From positions 4,195 through 68,194 of the forward strand of contig DASPSF010000007.1 in the NCBI GenBank assembly GCA_035624075.1: a stretch of DNA of 64,000 bases, in the 5' to 3' direction. Source of the stretch: Steroidobacteraceae bacterium (lineage in GTDB: Bacteria > Pseudomonadota > Gammaproteobacteria > Steroidobacterales > Steroidobacteraceae). Positions 41,491 through 52,482 of the stretch are shown here, in pieces. Position 1 is the stretch's first letter; the number at the start of each line of letters is the position of its first letter. Position numbers and translations under genes: made by a program. The notes beneath the pieces were generated by a model. The model had not been told where the DNA came from. It worked only from the letters and a program-made list of their open reading frames with translations, and ran no database searches.

Positions 41491-42120
41491 TTAGGAGCCC
41501 GGGGCGCGCGCGAGCTCGAGATAGCGCGCGTGGAGTGCCGCGACCTGGGCCTGAACCGCGCTCATGTCGGCGTCGTTCCTGATCACGTCGTCCGCCGCTT
41601 TGAGGCGCGCGCTGCGCGAGACCTGTGCGTCGAGGATCGCCTGCGCCTCGGCGCGCGTCGAGCGGTCGCGCGCGAGCAGGCGGCGGATCTGCAGCTCCTC
41701 CTCGCAGTCGACGACCAGTACGCGATCCACGTGTGCGCCGAGATTCTTCTCGACCAGCAGCGGGATCACCAGAATCTGGTAGGGGCCGCCGGCCGCGGCC
41801 GAGCGCGCCTCGAGCGCGGCGCCGATCGCCGGGTGCGTCAGATTCTCGAGATCGGCGCGTGCCTTGGGGTCGGAGAACACGATGTTGCGCAGCGCGGGCC
41901 GGTCGAGATGCCCGTCGGGTGTCAGGATGCCGCGGCCGAAGCGCTCCACCAGCCGCTCGAGCGGCGGCTGGCCGGGCTCGACCACCTCGCGTGCCACCTG
42001 GTCGCTGTCGAGGATCGGGACACCGAGGGCGCCGAAGAACTTCGCGGCCGTCGACTTGCCGCTCGCGATCCCGCCGGTGAGCCCGACGCGGAAGATGCGC
42101 GCAGCCGCAGGCGTGCTCAC
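41491..42120 (-). CDS. coaE: dephospho-CoA kinase
   Basis: 209 aa with P-loop GLTGGIASGKST. Conserved pilD-coaE linkage. Confidence 0.9.
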   Translation of the reverse strand: MSTPAAARIFRVGLTGGIASGKSTAAKFFGALGVPILDSDQVAREVVEPGQPPLERLVERFGRGILTPDGHLDRPALRNIVFSDPKARADLENLTHPAIGAALEARSAAAGGPYQILVIPLLVEKNLGAHVDRVLVVDCEEELQIRRLLARDRSTRAEAQAILDAQVSRSARLKAADDVIRNDADMSAVQAQVAALHARYLELARAPGS

Positions 42121-42126
42121 GGCGGC

Positions 42127-43029
42127 TTACCTGAAGAGCGCGAGGTATCGGCCGACGAGCCCGTGGCCGAACATCAGCACCAACCAGCCGGCTGCGGCGA
42201 GGAATGGGCCGAAGGGGATCGGTGTCGCGCGGCTCTGCCGCCGGATGGCGAGCATGGCAATGCCGACGACGGCGCCGACCACGGCGGCGATCAGGATGAC
42301 GGGCAGGAGCAACTGCCAGCCGAGCCACGCGCCGAGCGCCGACAGCAGCTTGAAGTCCCCGTACCCCATGCCCTCCTTCCCGGTGACCAAGCGGAACAGA
42401 TGATAGACGCTCCAGAGACTCAGGTAACCCGCCACCGCGCCGATCAGGCTCGAGCGCACGTCGACCGGGAGCGGGGCGCCGCCCTGCGGGCCCCACAGGC
42501 TCAGCGTGAGGCCGAGCCAGAGCAGCGGCAGCGTCAGGCTGTCGGGAAGCAGTTGCGTGTCGATGTCGATGAAGGTGAGCGCGATGAGGAACCAGGTGAG
42601 AACGAGGGCGGCGAGCGCGGGCCAGCCAAACCCGAAGCGCACCGCCACCCACGCCGAGAGAATCCCGGTCAGGAGCTCTACCAGCGGATAGCGCACCGAG
42701 ATTGGCGCTCCGCAGTGCGCGCACCGCCCACGCAGGAACAGCCAGGATACCAGCGGGATGTTCTGCAGCGCGGTGATCGGTGCCTTGCATGCGGGGCAGG
42801 CGGAGCGGGGCACGACGAGATTGAAGCGCTCGCCCGTGGCGGCCGCCACGGTCGCCGCGTGCGGGTCATGATCCGCAAGCTCGGCACACTGCGCGCGCCA
42901 CTCGCGGTCGAGCATGAGCGGCAGGCGGTAGATGACGACGTTCAAGAAGCTGCCGACCGCGAGGCCGAGCACCAGGCAGGTGCCGACGAACAATGCGGGG
43001 GAGTCTGCCAGCAACCCGATCACCGACAT
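42127..43029 (-). CDS. pilD: prepilin peptidase / N-methyltransferase (A24 family)
   Basis: 300 aa, polytopic. Cys-rich cytoplasmic region CPACKAP...CAHCGAP. Catalytic Asp contexts FIDIDTQLLPD and GMGYGDFKLL. Confidence 0.92.
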   Translation of the reverse strand: MSVIGLLADSPALFVGTCLVLGLAVGSFLNVVIYRLPLMLDREWRAQCAELADHDPHAATVAAATGERFNLVVPRSACPACKAPITALQNIPLVSWLFLRGRCAHCGAPISVRYPLVELLTGILSAWVAVRFGFGWPALAALVLTWFLIALTFIDIDTQLLPDSLTLPLLWLGLTLSLWGPQGGAPLPVDVRSSLIGAVAGYLSLWSVYHLFRLVTGKEGMGYGDFKLLSALGAWLGWQLLLPVILIAAVVGAVVGIAMLAIRRQSRATPIPFGPFLAAAGWLVLMFGHGLVGRYLALFR

Positions 43030-43103
43030 GGAGGAATTGGTCTCCTAAAGAAAACGCCGCGCATGGCGCGGCGCTTTCGCGAGCGAGTCCTGGACCTGGT
43101 TCG

Positions 43104-44342
43104 TCAGACGACCGAACCGAGCTTGAAGATCGGCAGATACATGGCGATGACCAGGCCGCCGACCAGCACACCCAGCACCACCATGATCAGCGGTTCCATC
43201 AGGCTCGACATCGCGTCCACGGCGTTGTCTACCTCGGCCTCGTAGAAAGTCGCTACCTTTCCCGACATCTCGTCGAGCGAGCCCGATTCCTCGCCCACCG
43301 CGATCATCTGGTTAACCATGTTGGGAAAGAGGCCCGTGGCCTCCATGGCGCGCTGCAGGCGCTGTCCGGTGGCGACCTCGTCGCGCATCCTGAGCACCGC
43401 GGTCTCGTAGACGATGTTGCCGGTCGCGCCGGCAACGGAGTCGAGCGCCTCGACCAGCGGCACGCCGGCTGCGAACATGGTCGAGAGCGTGCGCGCGTAG
43501 CGGGCGATGGCCGACTTGTTGAGAATCGGGCCGATCACCGGCAGCTTCAGCACCACCCGATCGAGGAACTGCCGCATCGCCCTCGAGCGCTTCTTGAAGT
43601 AGAAGAATGACCACCCGAGCCCGACCAGAACGACGCCGAGATAAAGACCGTCGTGCTGCACGAATTTGGAGAGGTTGATGACCATCTGCGTAAAGGCAGG
43701 CAGATCCGCACCGAATCCCTTGTAGAGCGCCTCGAACTGCGGAATCACGAAGATCAGCAGCACCACGGTGACAACCACCGCTACCACCAGCACCGCCGCC
43801 GGGTAGAACAGGGCCTTCTTCACCTTTTTCTTCAGCGCTTCGGTCTTTTCCTTGTAGGTGGCGACCTTGTCGAGCAGGGTCTCGAGAGCGCCGGCCTGCT
43901 CGCCGGCCTCCACGAGGTTGACGTACAGATCATCGAAATAGAGCGGGTGCCTGCCGAGCGCCTCGTGGAGCGAGCTGCCGCCTTCGACGTCGCCCTTGAT
44001 GTCGAGAATCAGCTTCTGCATCGCGGCCTTCTCGTTGCCGGCGCCGACGATCTCGAAGGCCTGGACGAGCGGTATGCCGGCGGCGAGCATGGTGGCGAGC
44101 TGGCGGCTGAACACCGCGATGTCGCCCATGTCCACGCTGCCGCCGCGGCGGCTGTCGCGCTGCTTGCGGATCCGCGACGGTGCGATGCCCTGCCGACGGA
44201 GCTCCGCACGTAACGCCGCCTCGTCCGGCGCGAGGCTCTTGCCCTTGATGCGCGCACCGCGCTTGTCGCGTCCCTCCCAGGCGAAAGGAACATCGCGCTT
44301 GATGGTCCGGACGGTGGCCGTTGCTGCAGCTGCCTGTGCCAT
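43104..44342 (-). CDS. pilC: type IV pilus assembly platform protein PilC (GspF family)
   Basis: 412 aa with a duplicated GspF domain and three TM segments. Confidence 0.92.
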   Translation of the reverse strand: MAQAAAATATVRTIKRDVPFAWEGRDKRGARIKGKSLAPDEAALRAELRRQGIAPSRIRKQRDSRRGGSVDMGDIAVFSRQLATMLAAGIPLVQAFEIVGAGNEKAAMQKLILDIKGDVEGGSSLHEALGRHPLYFDDLYVNLVEAGEQAGALETLLDKVATYKEKTEALKKKVKKALFYPAAVLVVAVVVTVVLLIFVIPQFEALYKGFGADLPAFTQMVINLSKFVQHDGLYLGVVLVGLGWSFFYFKKRSRAMRQFLDRVVLKLPVIGPILNKSAIARYARTLSTMFAAGVPLVEALDSVAGATGNIVYETAVLRMRDEVATGQRLQRAMEATGLFPNMVNQMIAVGEESGSLDEMSGKVATFYEAEVDNAVDAMSSLMEPLIMVVLGVLVGGLVIAMYLPIFKLGSVV

Positions 44343-44361
44343 GAGTCGTTACCCTGCTGCG

Positions 44362-46104
<1,743 letters not shown>

Positions 46105-46243
46105 GGGCTTATGGCAAGCTAAATAAGCCGGACGGTCAGTGTACCCGAGACGCGCCCGCGCGCAATTGTCAAATCCCTGGCGATTCTGAATGACCGGCCC
46201 CCCGGGCGGCGGGGTGCGCGTCACACTTGGGTTTTCGACCCTT

Positions 46244-46275
46244 CAAAAAGAAGAGCCCCGGCACAACGCCGGGGC
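46244..46275 (-). terminator. rho-independent terminator downstream of pilA
   Basis: On the minus strand: GCCCCGGC-gttgt-GCCGGGGC (8-bp GC stem) followed by TCTTCTTTTTG, starting about 30 nt after the pilA stop. Confidence 0.8.
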
Positions 46276-46306
46276 CCTGGTCTTGGCAAGCGAATCTAGC
46301 GGTCGA

Positions 46307-46828
46307 TTACTTGCACTCGGTCGGGGCGTACTTGGCCGTCAAGGTGCCGGGGGTAAGCGCAATACCCGTGAAGTTCCGCGAGGTCGCAGTCGAGACACCC
46401 ACTGACGTGCAGGCCCAGTCGATATTGCCCGACAGGCCGGCGGTGGTCAGGTCCTTGTAACCGCCGTTATCGATCTCGGGCGTCATGAGAATCGTCTGGC
46501 TATTCGCCGTGAGCTGCGGGATGGTCGTATTGTTGTAAGAGATCACGATCTGGCCGTTGGCGGCGCTGACCGCCATGTTTCTCACGTACTTGGTCGGCTG
46601 GAACGCTCCGAGTCCACCGACATAAGCGGTAAGGCCGGGGACGCCGTTCGACTGGAAGGCTTCGGACACGCCCGTCTTGTAGGACGAGGCGAGGCTCAGA
46701 CCTTCCGTTACCTTCGAACGGGCCGTGTAGTCCGAATACGCCGGGATCGCGATCGCGGCGAGAATGCCGATGATCGCAACCACGATCATGAGCTCGATGA
46801 GGGTGAAACCCTTTTGCAACGACTTCAT
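46307..46828 (-). CDS. pilA: type IVa major pilin
   Basis: 173 aa with a short leader MKSLQKG | [24 protein letters not shown], and a C-terminal Cys pair (WACTS...PTECK) that forms the disulfide loop. AGGAG lies 9 nt upstream of the ATG. Confidence 0.93.
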   Translation of the reverse strand: MKSLQKGFTLIELMIVVAIIGILAAIAIPAYSDYTARSKVTEGLSLASSYKTGVSEAFQSNGVPGLTAYVGGLGAFQPTKYVRNMAVSAANGQIVISYNNTTIPQLTANSQTILMTPEIDNGGYKDLTTAGLSGNIDWACTSVGVSTATSRNFTGIALTPGTLTAKYAPTECK

Positions 46829-46895
46829 TTGTGAGGACTCCTGAAAATTTTAGGTACAAACCAAGTGGCGCAAAAAGGGCGCCCAGTCCCTTTGA

Positions 46896-46912
46896 AGCAA
46901 GCATTGTGCCAA
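46896..46912 (-). promoter_or_regulatory. sigma54 (-24/-12) promoter of pilA
   Basis: The minus strand reads TTGGCACAATGCTTGCT, i.e. TGGCAC-N5-TTGC, a perfect consensus. It lies about 70 nt upstream of the pilA ATG and directly downstream of the sigma54 activator gene pilR. Confidence 0.85.
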
Positions 46913-46927
46913 GGGCGTCATGGCGTC

Positions 46928-46940
46928 TAAGTTATTGATA
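46928..46940 (-). promoter_or_regulatory. candidate IHF site between the pilA upstream region and the sigma54 promoter
   Basis: The minus strand reads TATCAATAACTTA, matching WATCAANNNNTTR, in the only AT-rich patch of the region. Confidence 0.45.
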
Positions 46941-47054
46941 TCTAAGATCAAGTCAACCCGACGCGGCGGGTTCTTGACGTAAGAACTGTCGCGGACTGAC
47001 GCCACCGCCGGCGCTGCGCGTCACAAAGTGACCCGTTGCGTCACCCGCCGCAGC

Positions 47055-48470
47055 CTATTCAATGCCGAGCTTCTTGATCCGGTAGCGCAGCGCCCGGAAG
47101 CTCATCCCGAGGAGCTTCGCGGCCGCGGTCTTGTTGTACCGGGTCTTCTCCAGCGCTTTGATGATGGCGTCGCGCTCGATGCTCTCGAGGTGGCTCCCGA
47201 GAGCTGCGCCGGCCTCGATCGTCGCCGTGGGTGCTGCGGGTGGCGCGGCGGGCTCGGGCGTCGTCGGCCGGGCGGCGGAGCGCAGCCGCACGTGCTCGGC
47301 GCTGATTTCGCCGCCGGTGCTCAGGGTGAGCGCCCGCTCGAGCACGTTCTCGAGCTCGCGCACGTTGCCGGGGAAGGCATAGCTCTCGAGCATCCGGAGG
47401 GCGTCGTCGGAGACTCGGGGAGCGGCTCCGCCGACGCGCCGCGCCAGGCGAGCGAGAATCGCGTCGGCGATCTCGGGGATGTCGGCGCTGCGCTCACGCA
47501 GCGCCGGGACCCGCAGCTCGATCACGTTGATCCGGTAGAAGAGATCCTCGCGAAACAGGCCCTGCGCGACGAGATCCGCGAGGTTTTTGTGGGTGGCGGA
47601 GAGGATGCGCACATCGACGCTCTCCTCGCGCGCCTCGCCCACCGGGCGCACGGTCTTCTCCTGCACGACGCGCAGAAGCTTCACCTGCATGTGCAGCGGC
47701 AGGTCCGCCACCTCATCGAGAAACAGCGTGCCGCCCTCGGCGCTCTGCACCAGGCCCTTCTTGTCGGCGATCGCCCCGGTGAAGCTGCCGCGCTTGTGTC
47801 CGAAGAGCTCGCTCTCCATGAGCTCGGTCGGGATGGCGCCGCAGTTCACCGCGACGAACGGCCCGTCACGGCGCGCGCCGCTTTCGTGAATCATGCGCGC
47901 GACCAGCTCCTTGCCCGTGCCCGACTCGCCGGAGATGTGCACCGGCGCCTGGCTGCGCGCGACGCGCGCAATCATCTCGCGCAGCTGCTCCATGACGGGC
48001 GAGCCGCCGAGGAGCCGCGGGCCGGCGAAAGTGGCGGTCGTCTGCGGATCGGGGCCGGCGCGCAGCTTCACGGCGCTGCCTACGAGCTTGCGCAGCACGC
48101 CGAGGTCGAGGGGCTTGGAGACGAAGTCGAAGGCGCCGAGCTTGAGCGCGCGCACCGCCGACTCGACGTTGCCGTGGGCGGTGATCACGGCCACGGGCAC
48201 TGCCGCGCGGTTCGCCTGGATCCAGGCGACCAGATCGAGCCCGTCGCCGTCGGGCAGGCGCATGTCGGTGAGACACAGATCGAAGCTCTCCGCCTTGAGC
48301 AGCCGGCGCGCCGTCTCGAGGTCGGGCGCGGTGCGGGTCTTGAAGCCCATGCGGCTGAGGGTGAGGCTCACGAGCTCGAGCAGGTCAGGCTCGTCGTCCA
48401 CGACGAGCACTACGGGTTGAGCGGCCGCGGTACGGGCGCCTGGAGCCGGCTCGTTCACCCAAGCTCCCAT
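47055..48470 (-). CDS. pilR: sigma54-dependent response regulator PilR
   Basis: 471 aa with a receiver domain (VVDDEPDLL...LCLTDMRLPDGDG), an AAA+ domain (GESGTGKELVAR, GSFTGA) and a C-terminal Fis-type HTH (AAKLLGMSFRALRYRIKKLGI). Confidence 0.92.
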   Translation of the reverse strand: MGAWVNEPAPGARTAAAQPVVLVVDDEPDLLELVSLTLSRMGFKTRTAPDLETARRLLKAESFDLCLTDMRLPDGDGLDLVAWIQANRAAVPVAVITAHGNVESAVRALKLGAFDFVSKPLDLGVLRKLVGSAVKLRAGPDPQTTATFAGPRLLGGSPVMEQLREMIARVARSQAPVHISGESGTGKELVARMIHESGARRDGPFVAVNCGAIPTELMESELFGHKRGSFTGAIADKKGLVQSAEGGTLFLDEVADLPLHMQVKLLRVVQEKTVRPVGEAREESVDVRILSATHKNLADLVAQGLFREDLFYRINVIELRVPALRERSADIPEIADAILARLARRVGGAAPRVSDDALRMLESYAFPGNVRELENVLERALTLSTGGEISAEHVRLRSAARPTTPEPAAPPAAPTATIEAGAALGSHLESIERDAIIKALEKTRYNKTAAAKLLGMSFRALRYRIKKLGIE

Positions 48471-50086
48471 CGCCGCCGGTCGGCGAACACCAGCCGGAAG
48501 GTGCTGCCACCGCCCGCGCGCGGCTCATAGAGGAGCGTTGCGCCGTTGGCTTGCGCGAGCTCGCGCGCCAGGAACAGTCCCAAGCCCGTGCCGCGCCCGG
48601 AGCTGTAGAACGGCTCGAAGATGCGCTCGGCGAGCTCGGGTTTAACTCCCTCCCCGCGGTCGGCGACCTCGAGATAGGGGCGCGCGTTGGTCGGCATGCG
48701 GCCGTATCGTATCTCGATCGTGCGCGCCGGGTCGTCCAGCACGGCGTGCCTGATCGCATTCTCGCACAGGTTCCAGACGATCTGCCGTAGTTGGTCGGGA
48801 TCGACGCGCACCTCCAGGTCGGCTGTGCTGCTAACCGTGAGCCGTGCGCGTGGGAACTGCATCGTGTCGCAGAACTCGGCCTGGAACTCCTCGGTCCACG
48901 CCGACAAGGTCAGCCATTCGAGCCGCGCCGGCTCGCGCCGCGATAGGCGCTGCACGTTGTCGATGATGCCGCTGACGCGAGCGGCGTTGGCACGAATGAT
49001 CTCGGTGAGGCGACGGTCGTCGCTCGTCAGGCTCGGCGACTCGGCGAGCAGCTGCCCTGCGTGACTCATGGCGCCGACGGGATTGCGGATCTCGTGGGCG
49101 ATGCTCGCGCTCAGACGGCCGAGGGCTGCGAGCTTCGACTGCTGCACCTTCTCGGCGAGGAGGCTGGTGTCCTCGAGGAAGATGAGCACCGGCCCCGGGC
49201 TCGCCCCGCCGAGCGCGGCAAAGTGCGGCCGGATCACCCGCGCGCCATCAGCCGCCACGAAGGTCGGATCCGCCGGAGATTCGGAGCCGCCGCCCGCCGC
49301 AGCTTTGCGCCATGATTCGAGCAGGAACATGAGGCGCGGCGAGGCCTCGCCGACCAGGGCGTCCGGAAAGGCGTTCTTGTCGCCGAGGATCTCCGCCGCC
49401 GACTCGTTGATGAGGCGGATGCGGTCCTGGGCGTCGATCACGATGAGGCTCTCGCGCAGGTGCTGCACGATGTACTGCGACAGCTGCGCGAGGTTGGCGA
49501 GATCGAGCTCCCGGCGCCGCACCAGAGCGTCGGTTTCCCGCAGGCGCACGGCGACCGGCCAGGTAGCGAGCGAGGTCGCGAACAGCACCGCGCCGATGAG
49601 CCCGGCGGTCACGTAGTCTGTCGTCGGGGTCGCGTCGGTGACACCGGAGAACACCTGCTGGGTCAGCACCGCGATCGCGGCGACCGCGGCGATCAGAAAT
49701 GCGTCCCGGCGGTCGGCCAGCAGGGCGAGCGCGAACACCGGCAGCACCAGCAGGATCCCGAGCCCGCTGGCCACGCCGCCCGCCGCGTACAGGATGAGCC
49801 CGATCGCCAGCGCATCGACGCTCGCGTTGACGAACGCCACGATGCGCAGGCTCGACCACTCGAGCCGCCGCGCGATGATGAGCAGCAGTGCCGCGGTGAA
49901 GTAGGCGATGCAGGCGCCGACGAACAGCCGCGGGTGCGTCGGCACGAGGATGAGCGCCGGCCCGGCGAGCGCCTGCATGGCGACCAGCAACAGCGGCACC
50001 AGCAGCCGGTAGAGATTGAGCAGTCCGATGACCCGCCAGACGAGGTCGCTGGGCGTCACGGCGGGAGCGGCGAAACTGGCCGGCAT
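48455..50086 (-). CDS. pilS: sensor histidine kinase PilS
   Basis: Internal ATG at 50086 of ORF 48455..50377. Six N-terminal TM segments, H-box SASIAHEIRNPV and an HATPase domain (DRGEGV...GTGLGLFLAREL). It overlaps the pilR start by 16 nt. Confidence 0.88.
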   Translation of the reverse strand: MPASFAAPAVTPSDLVWRVIGLLNLYRLLVPLLLVAMQALAGPALILVPTHPRLFVGACIAYFTAALLLIIARRLEWSSLRIVAFVNASVDALAIGLILYAAGGVASGLGILLVLPVFALALLADRRDAFLIAAVAAIAVLTQQVFSGVTDATPTTDYVTAGLIGAVLFATSLATWPVAVRLRETDALVRRRELDLANLAQLSQYIVQHLRESLIVIDAQDRIRLINESAAEILGDKNAFPDALVGEASPRLMFLLESWRKAAAGGGSESPADPTFVAADGARVIRPHFAALGGASPGPVLIFLEDTSLLAEKVQQSKLAALGRLSASIAHEIRNPVGAMSHAGQLLAESPSLTSDDRRLTEIIRANAARVSGIIDNVQRLSRREPARLEWLTLSAWTEEFQAEFCDTMQFPRARLTVSSTADLEVRVDPDQLRQIVWNLCENAIRHAVLDDPARTIEIRYGRMPTNARPYLEVADRGEGVKPELAERIFEPFYSSGRGTGLGLFLARELAQANGATLLYEPRAGGGSTFRLVFADRRRWELG

Positions 50087-50235
50087 TGTTGCGTGCGGGG
50101 GAATCGTTCGCGGGCCGTTTTGAGTGCCGGGGACTGTAGCATCTTCGCTCCGGCGGCGGACGCCGGCGGCCTCGCATGGCTGGCCACTGCCCCGCAATTT
50201 CGCGAGAATGCCTGCTTTACCCGGCGGGCGGTGCG

Positions 50236-51408
50236 ATGAACCTGCACGAATACCAGGCGAAGGACATCTTCCGCGCGAGCGGCATCCCGGTGCCGGCCGG
50301 CAAGGTCGCGGCGAGCCCCGACGAAGCGGTTGAGGCGGCGGGTGAGCTCGGCGGCGGCGTCTGGGTGGTGAAGGCACAGGTGCACGCCGGCGGCCGGGGC
50401 AAGGCGGGCGGCGTGAAGCTCGCGCGCGACCCGGACGGGGTGCGGGCCGCGGCCGCGGGGATGCTCGGCAGGCGCCTGGTCACCAGGCAGACGGGCCCTG
50501 AGGGGTTGCCGGTCGACCGCGTCTATGTCGAGGTCGGGTCCGACATCGCACGCGAGCTGTACCTCTCGATGACCCTGAATCGCGAGCGGGGCCGCGTGGC
50601 GCTGATCGCGTCCGCAGCCGGCGGCATGGAGATCGAGGAGGTCGCGAGCGCGACTCCGGAGAAAATCCTGAGCGTCAACGTCCACCCGGCGGCGGGGCTG
50701 CAGGGATACCAGGTGCGCGAGCTCGCCTACGGGCTGAAGCTCGAGAGCACGCTCATCGGGCCGTTCCAGGCGCTTGCCGTCGCGCTCTATCGCCTCTACG
50801 TCGAAGAGGACCTGAGCCTGGTCGAGATCAACCCGCTGGTCGTGACACGCCAGGGAACGCTGCTCGCGCTCGATGCCAAGGTCGACGTCGATGCGAACGC
50901 GTTGTTCCGCCACCCGGAACTCGCGCGGCTGCGGGACGTGAGCCAGGAAGATCCGATGGAGCGCCGCGCCAGCGAGCACGACCTCAACTATGTCTCCCTC
51001 GATGGCGACATCGCCTGCATGGTGAACGGCGCCGGGCTGGCGATGGCGACCATGGATCTCATCAAGCTCCACGGCGGCGCGCCCGCGAACTTCCTCGACG
51101 TGGGCGGCGGCGCCACCGCCGAGCGGGTCACGGCCGCCTTCGAGCTGATTCTCTCCAATCCGCGGGTGCGGGCGGTGCTGGTCAACATCTTCGGCGGCAT
51201 CGTACGCTGCGACCTGATCGCGGAAGGGATCATCAAGGCGGTGAGGAAGGTCGGGGTCAGCGTGCCGGTCGTCGCACGGCTCGAGGGCACCAACGCGGAA
51301 GCCGCGCGCGGCATGCTCGCCGGCAGCGGACTTGCGATCACGCCGGCTGCGGATCTCACCGACGCGGCCCGCAAGGTGGTGGCGCTCGCGGCGAAGGGCG
51401 AGGCATGA
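50236..51408 (+). CDS. sucC: succinate--CoA ligase subunit beta
   Basis: Internal ATG at 50236: [20 protein letters not shown], with [11 protein letters not shown]. Confidence 0.95.
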   Translation: MNLHEYQAKDIFRASGIPVPAGKVAASPDEAVEAAGELGGGVWVVKAQVHAGGRGKAGGVKLARDPDGVRAAAAGMLGRRLVTRQTGPEGLPVDRVYVEVGSDIARELYLSMTLNRERGRVALIASAAGGMEIEEVASATPEKILSVNVHPAAGLQGYQVRELAYGLKLESTLIGPFQALAVALYRLYVEEDLSLVEINPLVVTRQGTLLALDAKVDVDANALFRHPELARLRDVSQEDPMERRASEHDLNYVSLDGDIACMVNGAGLAMATMDLIKLHGGAPANFLDVGGGATAERVTAAFELILSNPRVRAVLVNIFGGIVRCDLIAEGIIKAVRKVGVSVPVVARLEGTNAEAARGMLAGSGLAITPAADLTDAARKVVALAAKGEA

Positions 51409-52469
51409 GTATCCTGGTCAACCGCCAGACCCGGGTCATCTGCCAGGGATTCACCGGCAGGCAGGGGACGTTCCATTCCGAGCAGGCGCTCGCCTACGGC
51501 ACCAAGCTGGTCGGCGGGGTGACGCCCGGGCGCGGCGGCCAGAAGCACCTCGGGCTGCCGGTATTCGACACCGTGCGCGACGCGGTGCGCGAGACCGGCG
51601 CCACGGCGAGCGTGATCTACGTGCCGGCCTCGGGCGCGGCCGACTCGATCCTCGAGTCGGTGGACGCGGGCGTCGAGCTGGTGGTGTGCATCACCGAAGG
51701 CGTCCCGGTGAAGGATATGGTGAGCGTCAAGGCGATGCTGGCCGGCTCCGCCACGCGGCTCGTCGGACCGAACTGTCCCGGGGTCATCACCCCCGAGGAA
51801 TGCAAGATCGGCATCATGCCGGGCTTCATCCACAAGAAGGGCACGGTCGGCATCGTGTCACGCTCGGGCACGCTGACCTACGAGGCGGTTTTTCAGACCA
51901 CGCACGCCGGGCTCGGCCAGTCGAGCTGCGTCGGCATCGGCGGCGACCCGGTCGCCGGGATGAGCTTCATCGACGTGCTCGATCTGTTCGAGCGCGACCC
52001 GCGCACCGAAGGCATCATTCTCGTCGGTGAGATCGGCGGCAGCGGCGAGGAAGCGGCGGCTCACTACATCCGCCGCTACGTGACCAAGCCGGTCGTTGCC
52101 TACATCGCCGGCGTCACCGCCCCGCCCGGCAAGCGCATGGGCCACGCGGGCGCCATCGTGGCCGGCGGCCAGGGTACGGCCGCGCACAAGTACGCGGCAC
52201 TGGAGGCCGCCGGCGTGCGCACCGTGAAATCGCCCGCGGAGCTCGGCTCCACCATGGCGGAGCTCCTGAAACACCGCCGTGCGGCGTACAGCGTGTCCGC
52301 TGCGCGCGCCGCGCCCGAGCCGGCGCGCCCGCAGCGCGCTGCGCGCGGCCCGCGCACCAAAGCCAAGACGCGGCCTTCCGCGGCGAGGGCCAAGGCCGGC
52401 GCGCGCGCCGCCGTGCGCGCGCGGGTGCGGCCCGCGGCCCGTCGGCCGGGAGGCGGCAGGCGGCGCTGA
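51405..52469 (+). CDS. sucD: succinate--CoA ligase subunit alpha with a roughly 65-aa Ala/Arg/Pro-rich C-terminal extension
   Basis: ATGA overlap with suc[10 protein letters not shown] and catalytic His in MGHAGAIV. The canonical SucD end is near ...[14 protein letters not shown] (about nt 52270), but the frame stays open to 52469. Confidence 0.88.
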   Translation: MSILVNRQTRVICQGFTGRQGTFHSEQALAYGTKLVGGVTPGRGGQKHLGLPVFDTVRDAVRETGATASVIYVPASGAADSILESVDAGVELVVCITEGVPVKDMVSVKAMLAGSATRLVGPNCPGVITPEECKIGIMPGFIHKKGTVGIVSRSGTLTYEAVFQTTHAGLGQSSCVGIGGDPVAGMSFIDVLDLFERDPRTEGIILVGEIGGSGEEAAAHYIRRYVTKPVVAYIAGVTAPPGKRMGHAGAIVAGGQGTAAHKYAALEAAGVRTVKSPAELGSTMAELLKHRRAAYSVSAARAAPEPARPQRAARGPRTKAKTRPSAARAKAGARAAVRARVRPAARRPGGGRRR

Positions 52470-52482
52470 GGGCCAACGTGCC

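Noticed and set aside
41293-43245. 650-aa plus-strand ORF across zapD, coaE and pilD. The same applies to 43996..46122 across pilC/pilB and 47028..48530 across pilR.
   Set aside because: These are antisense to genes with strong homology (P-loops, the prepilin peptidase motif, the sigma54 AAA+ domain). The translations are low-complexity.
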